A program made the position numbers and the translations under genes. Positions 8,270-18,481 of a stretch of 64,000 nucleotides of DNA are shown here, in pieces. Under the pieces are notes generated by a model. The model saw nothing but the letters and a program-made list of their open reading frames with translations. It ran no database searches and had not been told where the DNA came from. Source of the DNA: an uncultured candidatus Porisulfidus sp. (GTDB taxonomy: Bacteria; Pseudomonadota; Gammaproteobacteria; Poriferisulfidales; Poriferisulfidaceae); NCBI GenBank assembly GCA_965116025.1, contig OZ220480.1, positions 1,504,001 to 1,568,000 of the forward strand, written 5' to 3'. The stretch's first letter is position 1, and every line of letters begins with the position of its first letter.

Positions 8270-9297
8270 TCGGGGACCGCGTTCAGCCGAATTCGGACCC
8301 GTCCGGAAGGCTTGCGGGCGACGGGAGTCTCGACGCGCTCCTCGTCGATCAGGTAGACGATCTCCTCTCCCGTGAACTGGTTCGCGTTGACGCGTAGCTG
8401 AACGTTTCCGCGCAAGGTCGCCTTACGTTGCGGAATCTGGTAGAGGATGCTGCCGGCGTTCGCGCGCAACGGCTTGCCAGAGGCCAGGATGCTGGTCCAT
8501 CGGGCGTTTCCCTCAGCACGCAGGGCTTGTACCCGCTCGCCGTCGGAGTGCACCTCGAGTCGATCGGAGAGCAGGATCATCTCGCCTCGCTCGGCGCGCA
8601 CGTTTCCGTGGTAGACGCTGACTTTCCTCCGCGCGTCCCACTCCATGCGGTCCGCGCTCAGGTCGAGCGGCTCCTCCGGGCTCGCCTCTTGGGCGCGCGC
8701 GGCGGCGAAGGGCGCCTCCAGCGTTTCCGCGAGCTCCGTCCGCGCGGGCGGGAATTGGCGGACCTTCACGTCCCGCCGCAACGCGCCGCCCGAGCCATCC
8801 AGCCGATAATCCATTCCAACGCCGCGCATCACGGCGTGACGCTGGCGGAGCGTCACCGCCTGATCGCTGGAAATCCGATGGCGCGCCGAATCCAGGGTCA
8901 GCGATTCGCCGCGCACCAGGGTGGGGGCGAGGTCTGGCGGAGACAGCAGGAGCTCCACGTTCCCGCTCAGAACGACCCGGGACTCCCGAATTTCCCCATG
9001 GCGCGCCGAGGCCGTGGAATTCTCGTACGCTGGGTTGAGCCAACGCAAGCGTGGCGCGTCCAAGCGCAGGACCTGGCTTTTCGGATATTGGTCCAGCCGG
9101 GCGGACTCGACCTCGTACAGTAATTTTCCTTGGATGTCTCGAATCCGATGGCGCGCGCGCAGGTAGCTGCTCTCGGGTAGTTCCCGCTCGGCCGCGGGGA
9201 CGGGGAGCTCCGGCGCCGGGGCGCGAGCCAGGGCCCAGAGGCCGGCGACGAGGGCGGCCGCGAGCGCCAGCGTCAGCGGCGGGCGGAGGCGTTTCAT
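8266..9297 (-). CDS. Fused LptC-LptA LPS transport protein
   Basis: N-terminal TM helix, LptC-like part (GKLLYEVESARLDQYP...LSGNVEL...ISSDQAV...GVGM), then LptA-like part (PLDLSADRMEW...YHGNV...GNVQL...GEEIVY...GRVRI) in one ORF between kdsC and lptB. Confidence 0.8.
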   Translation of the reverse strand: MKRLRPPLTLALAAALVAGLWALARAPAPELPVPAAERELPESSYLRARHRIRDIQGKLLYEVESARLDQYPKSQVLRLDAPRLRWLNPAYENSTASARHGEIRESRVVLSGNVELLLSPPDLAPTLVRGESLTLDSARHRISSDQAVTLRQRHAVMRGVGMDYRLDGSGGALRRDVKVRQFPPARTELAETLEAPFAAARAQEASPEEPLDLSADRMEWDARRKVSVYHGNVRAERGEMILLSDRLEVHSDGERVQALRAEGNARWTSILASGKPLRANAGSILYQIPQRKATLRGNVQLRVNANQFTGEEIVYLIDEERVETPVARKPSGRVRIRLNAVPE

Positions 9298-9764
9298 CGG
9301 CGCAGAATCCAGTCGCACACGTCGCGCACCGCGCCGCGTCCTCCCGGGCTCGGGGTGATCCAGTCCGCGGCCTCGCGCGCCTCCCAGCGCGCGTCCGCCA
9401 CCGCCACGCCCATGCCAGCGGCCTCAAGCAAGGGCGCGTCGGTCACGTCGTCGCCAACGCAGACGACCTCCTCCCAGCGGAGGTTCAGCCGCTTGATCAT
9501 GGCGCGGGCCGTGGCATGCTTGTCGTCGCAGCCGAGGACGACCTCGCGGATTCCCAGTTCCCGCAGTCGCTTTCGGGTCGCCTCGCTCTTTCGCGCGCTG
9601 ATCACCGCGACCGGCACGCTGGCCTCGCGCAACAGGACTAGCCCCTGTCCGTCGTGCACGTGGAAGCGCTTGGCCTCGGAGCCATCTTCGGAAAGGTACA
9701 GATGGCCGTCGGTCAGGACGCCGTCGACATCCAGGATCAGAAGCTTGACGTCCTCGGGTCTCAT
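9294..9764 (-). CDS. kdsC: KDO-8-phosphate phosphatase
   Basis: KLLILDVDGVLTDG, FHVHDGQG, VGDDVTD, GGRGAVRDVCDWIL. Confidence 0.95.
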   Translation of the reverse strand: MRPEDVKLLILDVDGVLTDGHLYLSEDGSEAKRFHVHDGQGLVLLREASVPVAVISARKSEATRKRLRELGIREVVLGCDDKHATARAMIKRLNLRWEEVVCVGDDVTDAPLLEAAGMGVAVADARWEAREAADWITPSPGGRGAVRDVCDWILRR

Positions 9765-10741
9765 CGCAGTCCGGCCGCGATCAGGTCGTGCATGTTGAGC
9801 GCGCCGACTAGTTCGCCGTCGCGCAGGACCGGGATGGCGTTGAACCGACGGTCGCGCATCCGGTGCAGCACGTCCTGGGCGAGCTCGTCCGGCGCCGCGG
9901 ACTGGAAGTCCCGCGTCATCGCCCGCTCGACCGCCGTGTCGTGGATGTCGACCTCGTCCGCTAGGCAGCGGCGCAGGTCTCCGTCGGTGAACACCCCGAC
10001 GATTCGACCGTTCCGGTCCAGGACGGTCGTCATCCCGAGTCCCTTCCCGGATATCTCGGGCAGGGCGTCGCGTAGCAAGGTGCCGATGGCGACTCTCGGG
10101 ACGCCGGTCCCGTCGCGCATCACGTCCCGCACGGTAGTTAACAGCTGCCGGCCCAGGCTGCCGCCCGGGTGGGTGTTGGCGAAATCCTCCGGCTTGAAGC
10201 CGTGGACATGCATCAAGGCCATCGCGAGCGCGTCGCCCATGGCGAGCGTCGCGGTCGTGCTGGAGGTGGGGGCGAGGTTGAGCGGGCAGGCTTCTCGCTC
10301 CACCGGAATTTCGAGGTGGAGGTCGGCCTGGCGGGCCAGCGCGGACTCGGGCCGCCCGGTCATCGCGATGATGGTGGAACCGATCTGGCGGACCAGCGGC
10401 AGCAAGTTCAGCATCTCCTCGGTCTCGCCGGAGAAGGACAGGGCCAGGGCGACGTCGCTGCGAGTGATCATGCCAAGGTCGCCGTGGCTCGCCTCGGCCG
10501 GGTGGACGAAGAACGAGGGGCTTCCGGTGCTGGCGAAGGTGGCGGCGATTTTCTGTCCGATGTGGCCGGACTTTCCCATGCCGATCACGATGATGTGCCC
10601 AGCGCAGCGGCTGAGCGTCCGGCAGCATTCGGCGAAATCCGGACCCACGCGGTCGGCCAGGAAGCGCACCGCGCCAGCCTCCTGAATCAATACGTCTCGG
10701 GCGACCTCGAGAATGTCCGAAGTCTGGTTAGAGTCGCTCAT
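9761..10741 (-). CDS. kdsD: Arabinose-5-phosphate isomerase (KpsF/GutQ)
   Basis: GMGKSGHIGQKIAATFASTG, HPAEASHGDLG, EACPLNLAPTSST, HPGGSLG, CBS pair. Confidence 0.95.
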   Translation of the reverse strand: MSDSNQTSDILEVARDVLIQEAGAVRFLADRVGPDFAECCRTLSRCAGHIIVIGMGKSGHIGQKIAATFASTGSPSFFVHPAEASHGDLGMITRSDVALALSFSGETEEMLNLLPLVRQIGSTIIAMTGRPESALARQADLHLEIPVEREACPLNLAPTSSTTATLAMGDALAMALMHVHGFKPEDFANTHPGGSLGRQLLTTVRDVMRDGTGVPRVAIGTLLRDALPEISGKGLGMTTVLDRNGRIVGVFTDGDLRRCLADEVDIHDTAVERAMTRDFQSAAPDELAQDVLHRMRDRRFNAIPVLRDGELVGALNMHDLIAAGLR

Positions 10742-11688
10742 GCAGGGTCCATCATGCGCTCGGCGTTCCAGCCGAGATATCCTATATAGCACACCAGCAG
10801 CAGGAACGCGCCGGAGCGGGTTAGCCGCAGGCCGTCCCGACGCATCAGCAGGAAGCCGAGCAGGGCGGTCAGCGCCAGCATGAGCAGGCCGTCTCCCAGT
10901 AGCGTCGGCGAGACCGGGAACGGGTGGATGGCGGCGGGAACCCCGACCACGCCAAGCGTGTTGAACAGGTTGGAGCCGACCACGTTGCCGAGGATGAGCT
11001 TGCCACCCTCAAGGCGCCGGAGCGAGGCCAAGGAGGCGGCGAGCTCCGGCAGCGAGGTGCCGATGGCCACCAGGGTCAGTCCGACCAGCAGCTCGTCCAC
11101 CCCTAGCGTTCGGGCCAGGCCGACGGCCGCCCAGACCAACGCCCAGGCGCTGCCGAGCGTGAGGAGCAGCCCGAACAGGACCAAGGCCAAGGCGGACAGG
11201 GGCGCGCGCTCCGCTGGCTGGCTGGCGATTGGCTCGGCGGCATGGCCGCTGCGCACGATCCAAACGATGATCCCGACCAGGGCGAGCATCAGGCCGATAC
11301 CTTCCCAGCGTTCCAGCGACAGATCCTGGAGGGCCAGGAACACGGCCGCCGTGCCGAATAAGATCAAAGGGATATCGCGCCTCGCTAGGGTGGGATCCGC
11401 GCGCAGAGGAAGGATCAACGCCGAGATGCCCAGAATCAGCGCGATGTTGGCGACGTTGGAGCCGAAGGCGTTGCCGATCGCGATGCCGCCACTGCCGCGA
11501 GCGGCCGCCGTCGCGGAGACCAGCAACTCGGGCAGGCTGGTGCCGAACCCGAGGATCACCACGCCAATGGCGAACGCCGAGACGTTCAGCTGGCGGGCCA
11601 GGGCGGACGCGCCCTCGACTAGCTGGTCGGCGCTCCAAGCCAGCGTTGCGAAGCCAATGGCGACGACGATCAGGTAGGTCGGAAGCAT
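10738..11688 (-). CDS. yrbG: Ca2+/Na+ antiporter (YrbG family)
   Basis: Two alpha repeats GFGTSLPEL / AIGTSLPEL, GNAFGSNVAN / GNVVGSNLFN; conserved position upstream of kdsD. Confidence 0.9.
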   Translation of the reverse strand: MLPTYLIVVAIGFATLAWSADQLVEGASALARQLNVSAFAIGVVILGFGTSLPELLVSATAAARGSGGIAIGNAFGSNVANIALILGISALILPLRADPTLARRDIPLILFGTAAVFLALQDLSLERWEGIGLMLALVGIIVWIVRSGHAAEPIASQPAERAPLSALALVLFGLLLTLGSAWALVWAAVGLARTLGVDELLVGLTLVAIGTSLPELAASLASLRRLEGGKLILGNVVGSNLFNTLGVVGVPAAIHPFPVSPTLLGDGLLMLALTALLGFLLMRRDGLRLTRSGAFLLLVCYIGYLGWNAERMMDPA

Positions 11689-11933
11689 GGGCGGTTAGGG
11701 ACGGGCGTTTGATGGAAACCGAAACCGGGGAAGGTCGCCGTCTTCCTGGACGGCGTTGGGAAGCGAGGACGGACGGCAAGCGATTCTACCCCACGGTGGA
11801 AACCCGGGTTTTGGTAGACTAAAAGCATGCGCGTCCATTCCGCCTCGTTCCGGTTTTCGCCGGCCCCGGGAGCGTGACCGATCCATTAAAGGTCGGCCGC
11901 CGCCTTCGCCCTCGTCCTGACGCGCTCCTCTCC

Positions 11934-14450
11934 ATGACGAACTGGCCGCGCGTCCTGTATGACCGCCTGGTGCTGGATCGACCCTGGGCGGCTCTGGTCT
12001 TTCTGGCCGTGGTGGTGGGCGCCATGGCGACGCAGGCCGGGAACTTCCGCCTGGACGCTTCGTCCGACTCCCTGTTGCTGGAAAACGACGAGGACCTGCG
12101 CTACTACCGCGCGGTGATGGACCAGTACGGCGGGCGAGACTTCCTGTTCGTCACCTACAACCCGCGCGCGCCGATGCTCTCCCCGGCCATGCTGGAGGGC
12201 CTGGAGTCCCTGCGCGCGGACTTGCTGGCGATGCCAACGGTCGAGGACGTGGTCACCATCCTGGACGTGCCGCTCCTGAACTCTCCCCCGATCGACTTCA
12301 CCGAGCTCGGAAGCGTCAACCGCACCCTGCGCGATGCTGACGTGGACCGGGGTCTGGCGCTGCGCGAGCTGTCCACCAGCCCGTTCTACAGGGATATGCT
12401 GATGAGCGGGGACGGAGAGACCACCGCGCTGGCGGTTTATTTGCGGGCCGACAAGGTGGGCGACGCGTTGTTGCGCGACCGGGCCCGCCTGCGCGACGCG
12501 CGGCGCGCGGGGACCCTCGACGAGGCGGGCCGGCGGCGGCTGGAGGAGGTGACGCGGCGCTATGCCGACCATATGGCCGAGGTCGCGGACGCGCGCGCGG
12601 AGACCATCGCCGCGATCCGATCGGCGCTCGACCGCCACCGCGAGAAAGCGCGCATCTTCCTCGGCGGCGTCGCCATGATCGCGAGCGACATGATTGATTT
12701 CATCGACAGCGACCTGCGAATCTTCGGCGTCAGCGTGTTCGCCTTTCTGGTCCTGATGCTGACGGTCATATTTCGCCGTCCGCGCTGGATTTTGCTGCCG
12801 CTGGCTGGCTGCGCGGCCTCGGTCGCGCTGATGATGGGCACCCTGGCGCTGGCGCGCTGGCCGGTGACCGTGATCTCCTCGAACTTCGTCTCGTTGCTGC
12901 TGATCATCTGTATGTCGATGACGATCCACCTGATGGTTCGGTTCCGGGAGCTTCAGGCGAGAGAGCCGGACGGAGTCCCCCGGGATCTGGTCGCCCGGAC
13001 CATGCGCTTCATGTTCATTCCGATTCTGTACACGGCCCTGACGACGATGGTGGCTTTCACGTCGCTGCTGATCAGCGGGATTCGTCCGGTGATCGACTTT
13101 GGATACATGATGACGGCGGGGATCGCGATGGCGCTGGGCGTGATCTTCCTGCTGTTCCCGGCGGTGGTGGTCCTGCTGCCGCGGGCGCGCGGTGAGGAGC
13201 GCGACTTCACCCAGAGCGTCACTCTGGCGTTCGCGCGCCTGACCGAGCGGGGGCGGAAGCCGATCCTGATCGTCGCCGGAGTCCTGGCGATCATCGGCGC
13301 GCTTGGCGCGGCGCGCCTGGACGTGGAGAACCGCTTCATCGACTACTTCGACCCCGACACCGAGATCTTTCAGGGCATGCTGGAAATCGATCAGCACTTG
13401 GGCGGAACCACGCCGCTCGACATCATCCTGGAGGCGGACCCGGAGGCGGTGGTCGAGGAGTATGGGGAATTCGAGGAGGATTTCTACGCGGACCTAGACG
13501 ATGGCGCCGAGGAATCTCCAGGATATTGGTTCAATCCCTTGCGCTTGGGCGAATTGCGCCGACTGCACGAATGGCTGGACGCGCAACCGGAGGTTGGCAA
13601 AGTGCTGTCGCTGGACACGTTGATCCGGATGGCCGAGAGCGTCAACGACGGTGAGCCGTTGGATGACCTCAAGATCAGCTTGCTGCGCGAGGGGTTGTCG
13701 CGCCTTCCGGAAGACATGCGCGAAGTATTGTTGCGCCCGTTCCTGTCTGGAGACGGCAATCAGTTACGGGTGCAGCTGCGGGTGGTCGACTCCGACCCGA
13801 ACCTGCGCCGCGCTGAGTTTCTGGAGCGGGTCGACGGGTTCCTGCGCGAGGAGATGGGATACGAAGAGTCGCGCTATCGCCAGAGCGGCCTACTGGTGCT
13901 GTACAACAACGTCCTCCAGAGCCTGTTCGCCTCGCAGATCCAGACCATCGGATTCGTGTTCCTGAGCATCCTCGCCATGTTCCTGGTCCTGTTCCGCTCG
14001 CTACGTCTCGCCCTGATCGCGATCCTGCCAAACATGTTGCCGGCATTGCTGGTGCTCGGCGCGATGGGCTGGCTCGGCATTCCGCTGGACCTGATGACGA
14101 TCACGATCGCCGCGATCAGCGTTGGCATCGCGGTGGACAACACCATTCACTACGTCATTCGCTTCCGACGGGAGTTCCCGGCGGACCGCGACTACCGGGC
14201 GACCATGTGGCGTTGTCACGGAAGCATCGGGCGGGCGATGTACTACACCTCGCTGACCATCGTGGTCGGGTTCTCGATCCTGATGCTGTCGAATTTCGTG
14301 CCGACGTTCTATTTCGGGATGTTCACCGGACTCGCCATGCTGACCGCGCTGGTCGCCTCGCTGGCGCTGTTGCCCGCGTTGCTGCTGACGCTGCGCCCAC
14401 TGGGTCCAGAGAAAGCGGAGCCGGTGCCCGCGATGAGAATATCCGCATAA
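11934..14450 (+). CDS. MMPL/RND-superfamily exporter
   Basis: Two halves, each a periplasmic domain plus TM helices; IAAISVGIAVDNTIHY, GRAMYYTSLT; start could be 11874. Confidence 0.85.
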   Translation: MTNWPRVLYDRLVLDRPWAALVFLAVVVGAMATQAGNFRLDASSDSLLLENDEDLRYYRAVMDQYGGRDFLFVTYNPRAPMLSPAMLEGLESLRADLLAMPTVEDVVTILDVPLLNSPPIDFTELGSVNRTLRDADVDRGLALRELSTSPFYRDMLMSGDGETTALAVYLRADKVGDALLRDRARLRDARRAGTLDEAGRRRLEEVTRRYADHMAEVADARAETIAAIRSALDRHREKARIFLGGVAMIASDMIDFIDSDLRIFGVSVFAFLVLMLTVIFRRPRWILLPLAGCAASVALMMGTLALARWPVTVISSNFVSLLLIICMSMTIHLMVRFRELQAREPDGVPRDLVARTMRFMFIPILYTALTTMVAFTSLLISGIRPVIDFGYMMTAGIAMALGVIFLLFPAVVVLLPRARGEERDFTQSVTLAFARLTERGRKPILIVAGVLAIIGALGAARLDVENRFIDYFDPDTEIFQGMLEIDQHLGGTTPLDIILEADPEAVVEEYGEFEEDFYADLDDGAEESPGYWFNPLRLGELRRLHEWLDAQPEVGKVLSLDTLIRMAESVNDGEPLDDLKISLLREGLSRLPEDMREVLLRPFLSGDGNQLRVQLRVVDSDPNLRRAEFLERVDGFLREEMGYEESRYRQSGLLVLYNNVLQSLFASQIQTIGFVFLSILAMFLVLFRSLRLALIAILPNMLPALLVLGAMGWLGIPLDLMTITIAAISVGIAVDNTIHYVIRFRREFPADRDYRATMWRCHGSIGRAMYYTSLTIVVGFSILMLSNFVPTFYFGMFTGLAMLTALVASLALLPALLLTLRPLGPEKAEPVPAMRISA

Positions 14451-14494
14451 TGTGCGGAGAATAGAGAGTATAATCTCCGCAAAATCCGCGGAGA
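14442..14494 (+). promoter_or_regulatory. Twin palindromes flanking a -10 box upstream of the Fic gene
   Basis: tccgca-taatg-tgcgga (14442-14458) and tctccgc-aaaatcc-gcggaga (14474-14494); TATAAT at 14469-14474. Confidence 0.6.
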
Positions 14495-14499
14495 CCGGC

Positions 14500-15606
14500 A
14501 TGTACCTGTGGGAACGTGATCAATGGCCCGGCTTCTTCTGGAACGAGGCGCGCCTGAGAGAGCTCCTCGCTCGCGCGCATCTCGAGAGGGGGCGGTTGCT
14601 GGGCAAGATGGACGCTTTGGGGTTCGACCTGCGGGAAGAGGCCCGCCTGCGAGTCCTGACTCGGGAGATCGTGAAATCCAGCGAGATCGAGGGAGAGATT
14701 CTGGACGGCGACCAAGTGCGCTCGTCCATCGCCCGGCGTTTGGGATTGGAGACGGGAGGATCTCTGGACGCGGACCGGAACGTCGAGGGCGTCGTGGAGA
14801 TGGTGCTGGACGCGACCGCAGGGCGCAACCGGCCGCTGACCGGGGAGCGTTTGCGCGGATGGCATGCGGCCTTGTTTCCGACCGGCCACAGCGGCCTGCG
14901 GAAAATCACCGTGGGAGATTGGCGTGATGATCGAGATGGCCCGATGCAGGTCGTGTCGGGCCCGATAGGAAAAGAGAGAGTTCACTACGAGGCTCCTCCA
15001 GCTGATCGGGTGCCCGACGAGATGACGAGATTCCTCGCGTGGTTCGAGCGGTCGGCCGACATGGACCCTCTCGTCAAGGCGGGCGTTTGCCACTTGTGGT
15101 TCGTGACGATCCACCCTTTCGAGGATGGCAACGGGCGCATGGCGCGCGCTGTGACCGACATGGCCCTTGCGCGGGCCGACGGCGACCCTCGACGCTTCTA
15201 CAGCATGTCCGCACGGATCCGGGAGGAGCGCGATCGATACTACGGCGCACTCGAGCGAGCGCAAAGGTCGAGTCTGGACGCGACTCCGTGGCTGGAGTGG
15301 TTTTTGGCCTGCCTGATTCGGGCGGTCGAGGATTCGGAAAACGTCGTTGGCTTGGTCCTGCGCAAAGCGCGATTCTGGGAACGTTTCGCCCAGGAACCTC
15401 TCAACGCGAGGCAGATCAAGTGCCTGAACCGGATGCTGGATGGCTTCCAAGGAAAAATGACTTCCTCTAAGTGGGCGAAGATCGCCAAGTGCTCGCAGGA
15501 CACTGCGTATCGGGACATCCTCGACCTGATTCGGCGCGATGTCCTCGAAAGAAATTCTGGAGGCGGACGTAGCGTCAGCTACTCAATCACGAAAGAAATT
15601 TCATAG
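14500..15606 (+). CDS. Fic-domain protein (DUF4172 N-terminus, C-terminal HTH)
   Basis: Canonical HPFEDGNGRMAR motif; inhibitory SSEIEG motif; C-terminal KWAKIAKCSQDTAYRDILDL helix-turn-helix. Confidence 0.92.
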   Translation: MYLWERDQWPGFFWNEARLRELLARAHLERGRLLGKMDALGFDLREEARLRVLTREIVKSSEIEGEILDGDQVRSSIARRLGLETGGSLDADRNVEGVVEMVLDATAGRNRPLTGERLRGWHAALFPTGHSGLRKITVGDWRDDRDGPMQVVSGPIGKERVHYEAPPADRVPDEMTRFLAWFERSADMDPLVKAGVCHLWFVTIHPFEDGNGRMARAVTDMALARADGDPRRFYSMSARIREERDRYYGALERAQRSSLDATPWLEWFLACLIRAVEDSENVVGLVLRKARFWERFAQEPLNARQIKCLNRMLDGFQGKMTSSKWAKIAKCSQDTAYRDILDLIRRDVLERNSGGGRSVSYSITKEIS

Positions 15607-15854
15607 AGTGCGGTCAATGCTTGGGGCAGGTTTTCGTCCGTCATATCCAGCTGGTCATCGAGTTGGTGCCGATTCTATAAGACCGCCACGGCCGGAAGTT
15701 CCACGACGACCCAGCCCGCCTGATTGGAGCAGGATGGTCTCTAGCCGCCGGTCGAGTAATGCAGGCCGAATGGGGCCGTCTTTCGCAGCGGGTGCAGAAA
15801 GGTCGGAACCGCGGCCGCGATGCCGTGGATCTGCGCCTCGGCCATGCTCGCGTT

Positions 15855-16184
15855 TCAGGGCGTGGAGTCCGGGCTTTCTGATCGCGGCTTCCCGAATCTA
15901 TAAAACCGCTTGTCCAAGAAATCCCGCATGGCGTCGATCTGCTCGCCCGTCCAGTCGAGCCCGGCTCCCTCGCGGCAGTGATCCACGCGCGCGCGCAGTT
16001 CCGCGGCGTTCGCGACGATGCCTCTCGTCCCGCGATACAGCACGTGGCCGTCGCCGCCGGTGACGCGCGCGTGACAGGCGACGCAACGCTCTTGATGTAC
16101 ACTGCCCGCGTCAAACGCCCGCGCGTCTTCCGGGCCGGGCAGGGCGAGCGCCCCGAGCGGAACGAGAATCTTCCAGAGTCTCAT
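15855..16184 (-). CDS. Small monoheme c-type cytochrome
   Basis: Signal peptide [15 protein letters not shown]..., heme motif CVACH, C-terminal LRARVDHC...W...FLDKRFYRF. Confidence 0.75.
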   Translation of the reverse strand: MRLWKILVPLGALALPGPEDARAFDAGSVHQERCVACHARVTGGDGHVLYRGTRGIVANAAELRARVDHCREGAGLDWTGEQIDAMRDFLDKRFYRFGKPRSESPDSTP

Positions 16185-16737
16185 GTCAAAGAGAAAGAAT
16201 CTGATTTGGATTGATCTGGAGATGACCGGGCTCAACCCGGACGTGGACCGTATCATTGAGATCGCCACCGTGGTCACCGATCCGGAGCTCAACGTCCTGG
16301 CCACTGGCCCGGAGTTGGCGATCCACCAGTCGGATGCCTGTCTGGCCGGGATGGACGAATGGAACACCTCGCACCATGGCGCGTCCGGCTTGACCGAGGC
16401 GGCGCGCCGCTCTCGTTGCGACGAGGCGCGAGCCGAGCGCGAGACGCTGAAGTTTCTGGAGTCGCATGTCGCGCGCGGGGTCTCGCCGATGTGTGGCAAT
16501 AGCATCTGCCAGGACCGACGTTTTCTGGCCCGCTGGATGCCGGAGTTGGAACGTTTCTTTCATTACCGCAACTTGGACGTTAGCACGCTCAAGGAATTAG
16601 CCGCGCGCTGGTATTCGGATCAGATCGAACCGTTCGAGAAGCCTTCCACGCATCGGGCGCTTGAGGATATTCGCGATTCAATTCGGGAGTTGGAGCATTA
16701 TCGCCGACGAATGTTTCAGGTCGTGGCGACTCCCTGA
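16183..16737 (+). CDS. orn: Oligoribonuclease
   Basis: [57 protein letters not shown]. Confidence 0.97.
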   Translation: MSKRKNLIWIDLEMTGLNPDVDRIIEIATVVTDPELNVLATGPELAIHQSDACLAGMDEWNTSHHGASGLTEAARRSRCDEARAERETLKFLESHVARGVSPMCGNSICQDRRFLARWMPELERFFHYRNLDVSTLKELAARWYSDQIEPFEKPSTHRALEDIRDSIRELEHYRRRMFQVVATP

Positions 16738-18359
16738 CGCGCCCGCGCCCTCCGCTCGCGCGGGTCCAGCACGGTGTCGCGGCCATCCAGAGCCGGGTCC
16801 ATTTCCGGGTGGTCCAGGGTGTGATGCAGGCCGCGGCTTTCGTGACGCGCTATCGCGCAGCGGATGATCAGGTCGGCCACCTGCGCGAGGTTGCGCAACT
16901 CGATCAGGTCCCGCGAGACGCGGAAGTCTCGATAGTATTCGTCGATCTCCTCACGCAACAGGGCGCAACGGCGCCTCGCCCGCTCCAACCGCTTGCTGGT
17001 GCGCACGATTCCCACGTAATCCCACATGAAGCGGCGGAGTTCGTCCCAGTTGTGCGCGACCACCACTTCCTCGTCGGAGTCTGACACCCGGCTCTCGTCC
17101 CAGGGCGCGACTTCCGGCAGCGGCGCGCCGAGGGATAGCGCGGCGTTGATGCGCTCGCTCGCGGCGTGGGCGTACACCAGGCATTCCAGCAGGGAGTTGC
17201 TGGCCATCCGGTTCGCCCCGTGCAGCCCGGTGTGCGCGACCTCGCCGATGGCGTACAGTCCCGGGAGGTCGGAGCGGCCGTGGTGGTCGGTCACGACGCC
17301 GCCGCAGGTATAGTGCGCGGCCGGCACCACCGGGATCGGCTCGCGGGTCAGGTCGATGTCGCACTCGAGGCAGCGGGCGCAAGCGTTTGGAAACGCCTCT
17401 CGCAGGCGTTCGGCCGGCTCGTGGCTGATGTCGAGGTGCACGTAATCAAGCCCGAGACGCTTCATCTCGTGGTCGATGGCGCGCGCGACGATGTCCCGGG
17501 GCGCTAGCTCGCCGCGCTCGTCGAAGCGGCGCATGAATTCCTCGCCGTTGCCTGGGAGGCGCAGTTTCGCGCCCTCGCCGCGCAATGCCTCGGTCATCAG
17601 GAAGGATTTGGCGCGCGGGTCGTACAGACAGGTCGGATGGAACTGGATGAATTCCATGTTGGCCACGCGGCAACCGGCTCTCCAAGCCATGGCTAGGCCG
17701 TCGCCGGACGATGTATCCGGGTTGGACGTGTACAGGTAGGCCTTGCTGGCTCCGCCGGTGGCCAGGATCACGCGGCGAGCGCGGTAGGCGACGATCGCTC
17801 GGGTTCGGGTGTCTTGGACGTAGACGCCCACGCAACGGGGCTCCCCGGCGCTTCGCTGGACGATTAGATCCACTGCGATGCAGTGGTCGCGAATCTCCAT
17901 GTTGGGGCGTTCGCGCGCCTGCCCCATAAGGGCTTCCTGGATCGTGCGGCCGGTGTGGTCGGCGACGTGCGCGACTCGTCGGCGGCTATGGCCGCCCTCC
18001 CGAGTCAAGTGTAGCCCGCCTGAGGGCGGGTGGGGAGTGAAGTCCACGCCCTGGTTCTGCAGCCAGCGGATCATCGCGGCGCCTCGGTCCGCGACTCTGC
18101 GCACCACTTCCGGATGGCACAGCCCGCATCCGGTCGAGATCGTGTCGGCGACATGCAGCGCCACCGAGTCCTTATCGTCCAGCGCGGCCGACACGCCGCC
18201 TTGAGCGTAGGTGGTCGAGCTTTCGGCGGGACTCGCCTTGCATAACAACGTGACGCGCAGGCGCGGGTCCATCTCCAGAGCGGCGCACAGGCCGGCCGCC
18301 CCGCCGCCGAGGATCAGAATATCCGTGTCGTGGGTGACGGAGGTCTCGCCTGCGGGCAC
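16716..18359 (-). CDS. nadB: L-aspartate oxidase
   Basis: [63 protein letters not shown]; divergent from rpoE; GTG start inferred. Confidence 0.95.
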   Translation of the reverse strand: MPAGETSVTHDTDILILGGGAAGLCAALEMDPRLRVTLLCKASPAESSTTYAQGGVSAALDDKDSVALHVADTISTGCGLCHPEVVRRVADRGAAMIRWLQNQGVDFTPHPPSGGLHLTREGGHSRRRVAHVADHTGRTIQEALMGQARERPNMEIRDHCIAVDLIVQRSAGEPRCVGVYVQDTRTRAIVAYRARRVILATGGASKAYLYTSNPDTSSGDGLAMAWRAGCRVANMEFIQFHPTCLYDPRAKSFLMTEALRGEGAKLRLPGNGEEFMRRFDERGELAPRDIVARAIDHEMKRLGLDYVHLDISHEPAERLREAFPNACARCLECDIDLTREPIPVVPAAHYTCGGVVTDHHGRSDLPGLYAIGEVAHTGLHGANRMASNSLLECLVYAHAASERINAALSLGAPLPEVAPWDESRVSDSDEEVVVAHNWDELRRFMWDYVGIVRTSKRLERARRRCALLREEIDEYYRDFRVSRDLIELRNLAQVADLIIRCAIARHESRGLHHTLDHPEMDPALDGRDTVLDPRERRARARQGVATT

Positions 18360-18481
18360 GATTCCGCGAATTTCGCCGAGGGAAAGGGCAATTATAATGT
18401 CGCCTCCATGCATTGACCCCCATGCGCGCTTGACGAAGTCCCGCAAGAGCCTTTCTTGGCGGATCGATCCCAGGCGCCGAG

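Noticed and set aside
7202-8356. 384-aa + strand ORF as a frameshifted continuation of abiEii
   Set aside because: It is mostly the antisense shadow of lptB and has no AbiEii C-terminal motifs.
9294-10628. Apparent 444-aa extended KdsC (similarly the extended murE, MBL hydrolase and exbD ORFs)
   Set aside because: Upstream parts are out-of-frame overlaps with the preceding gene; the real starts are at ATGA overlaps.
11689-11800. Possible Mn2+ (yybP-ykoY) riboswitch upstream of yrbG; hairpin cgccgtc-N6-gacggcg
   Set aside because: The conserved riboswitch core motifs are not present; only a single generic stem.
15607-15854. Possible gene remnant downstream of fic
   Set aside because: Frames are interrupted and I recognise no family.
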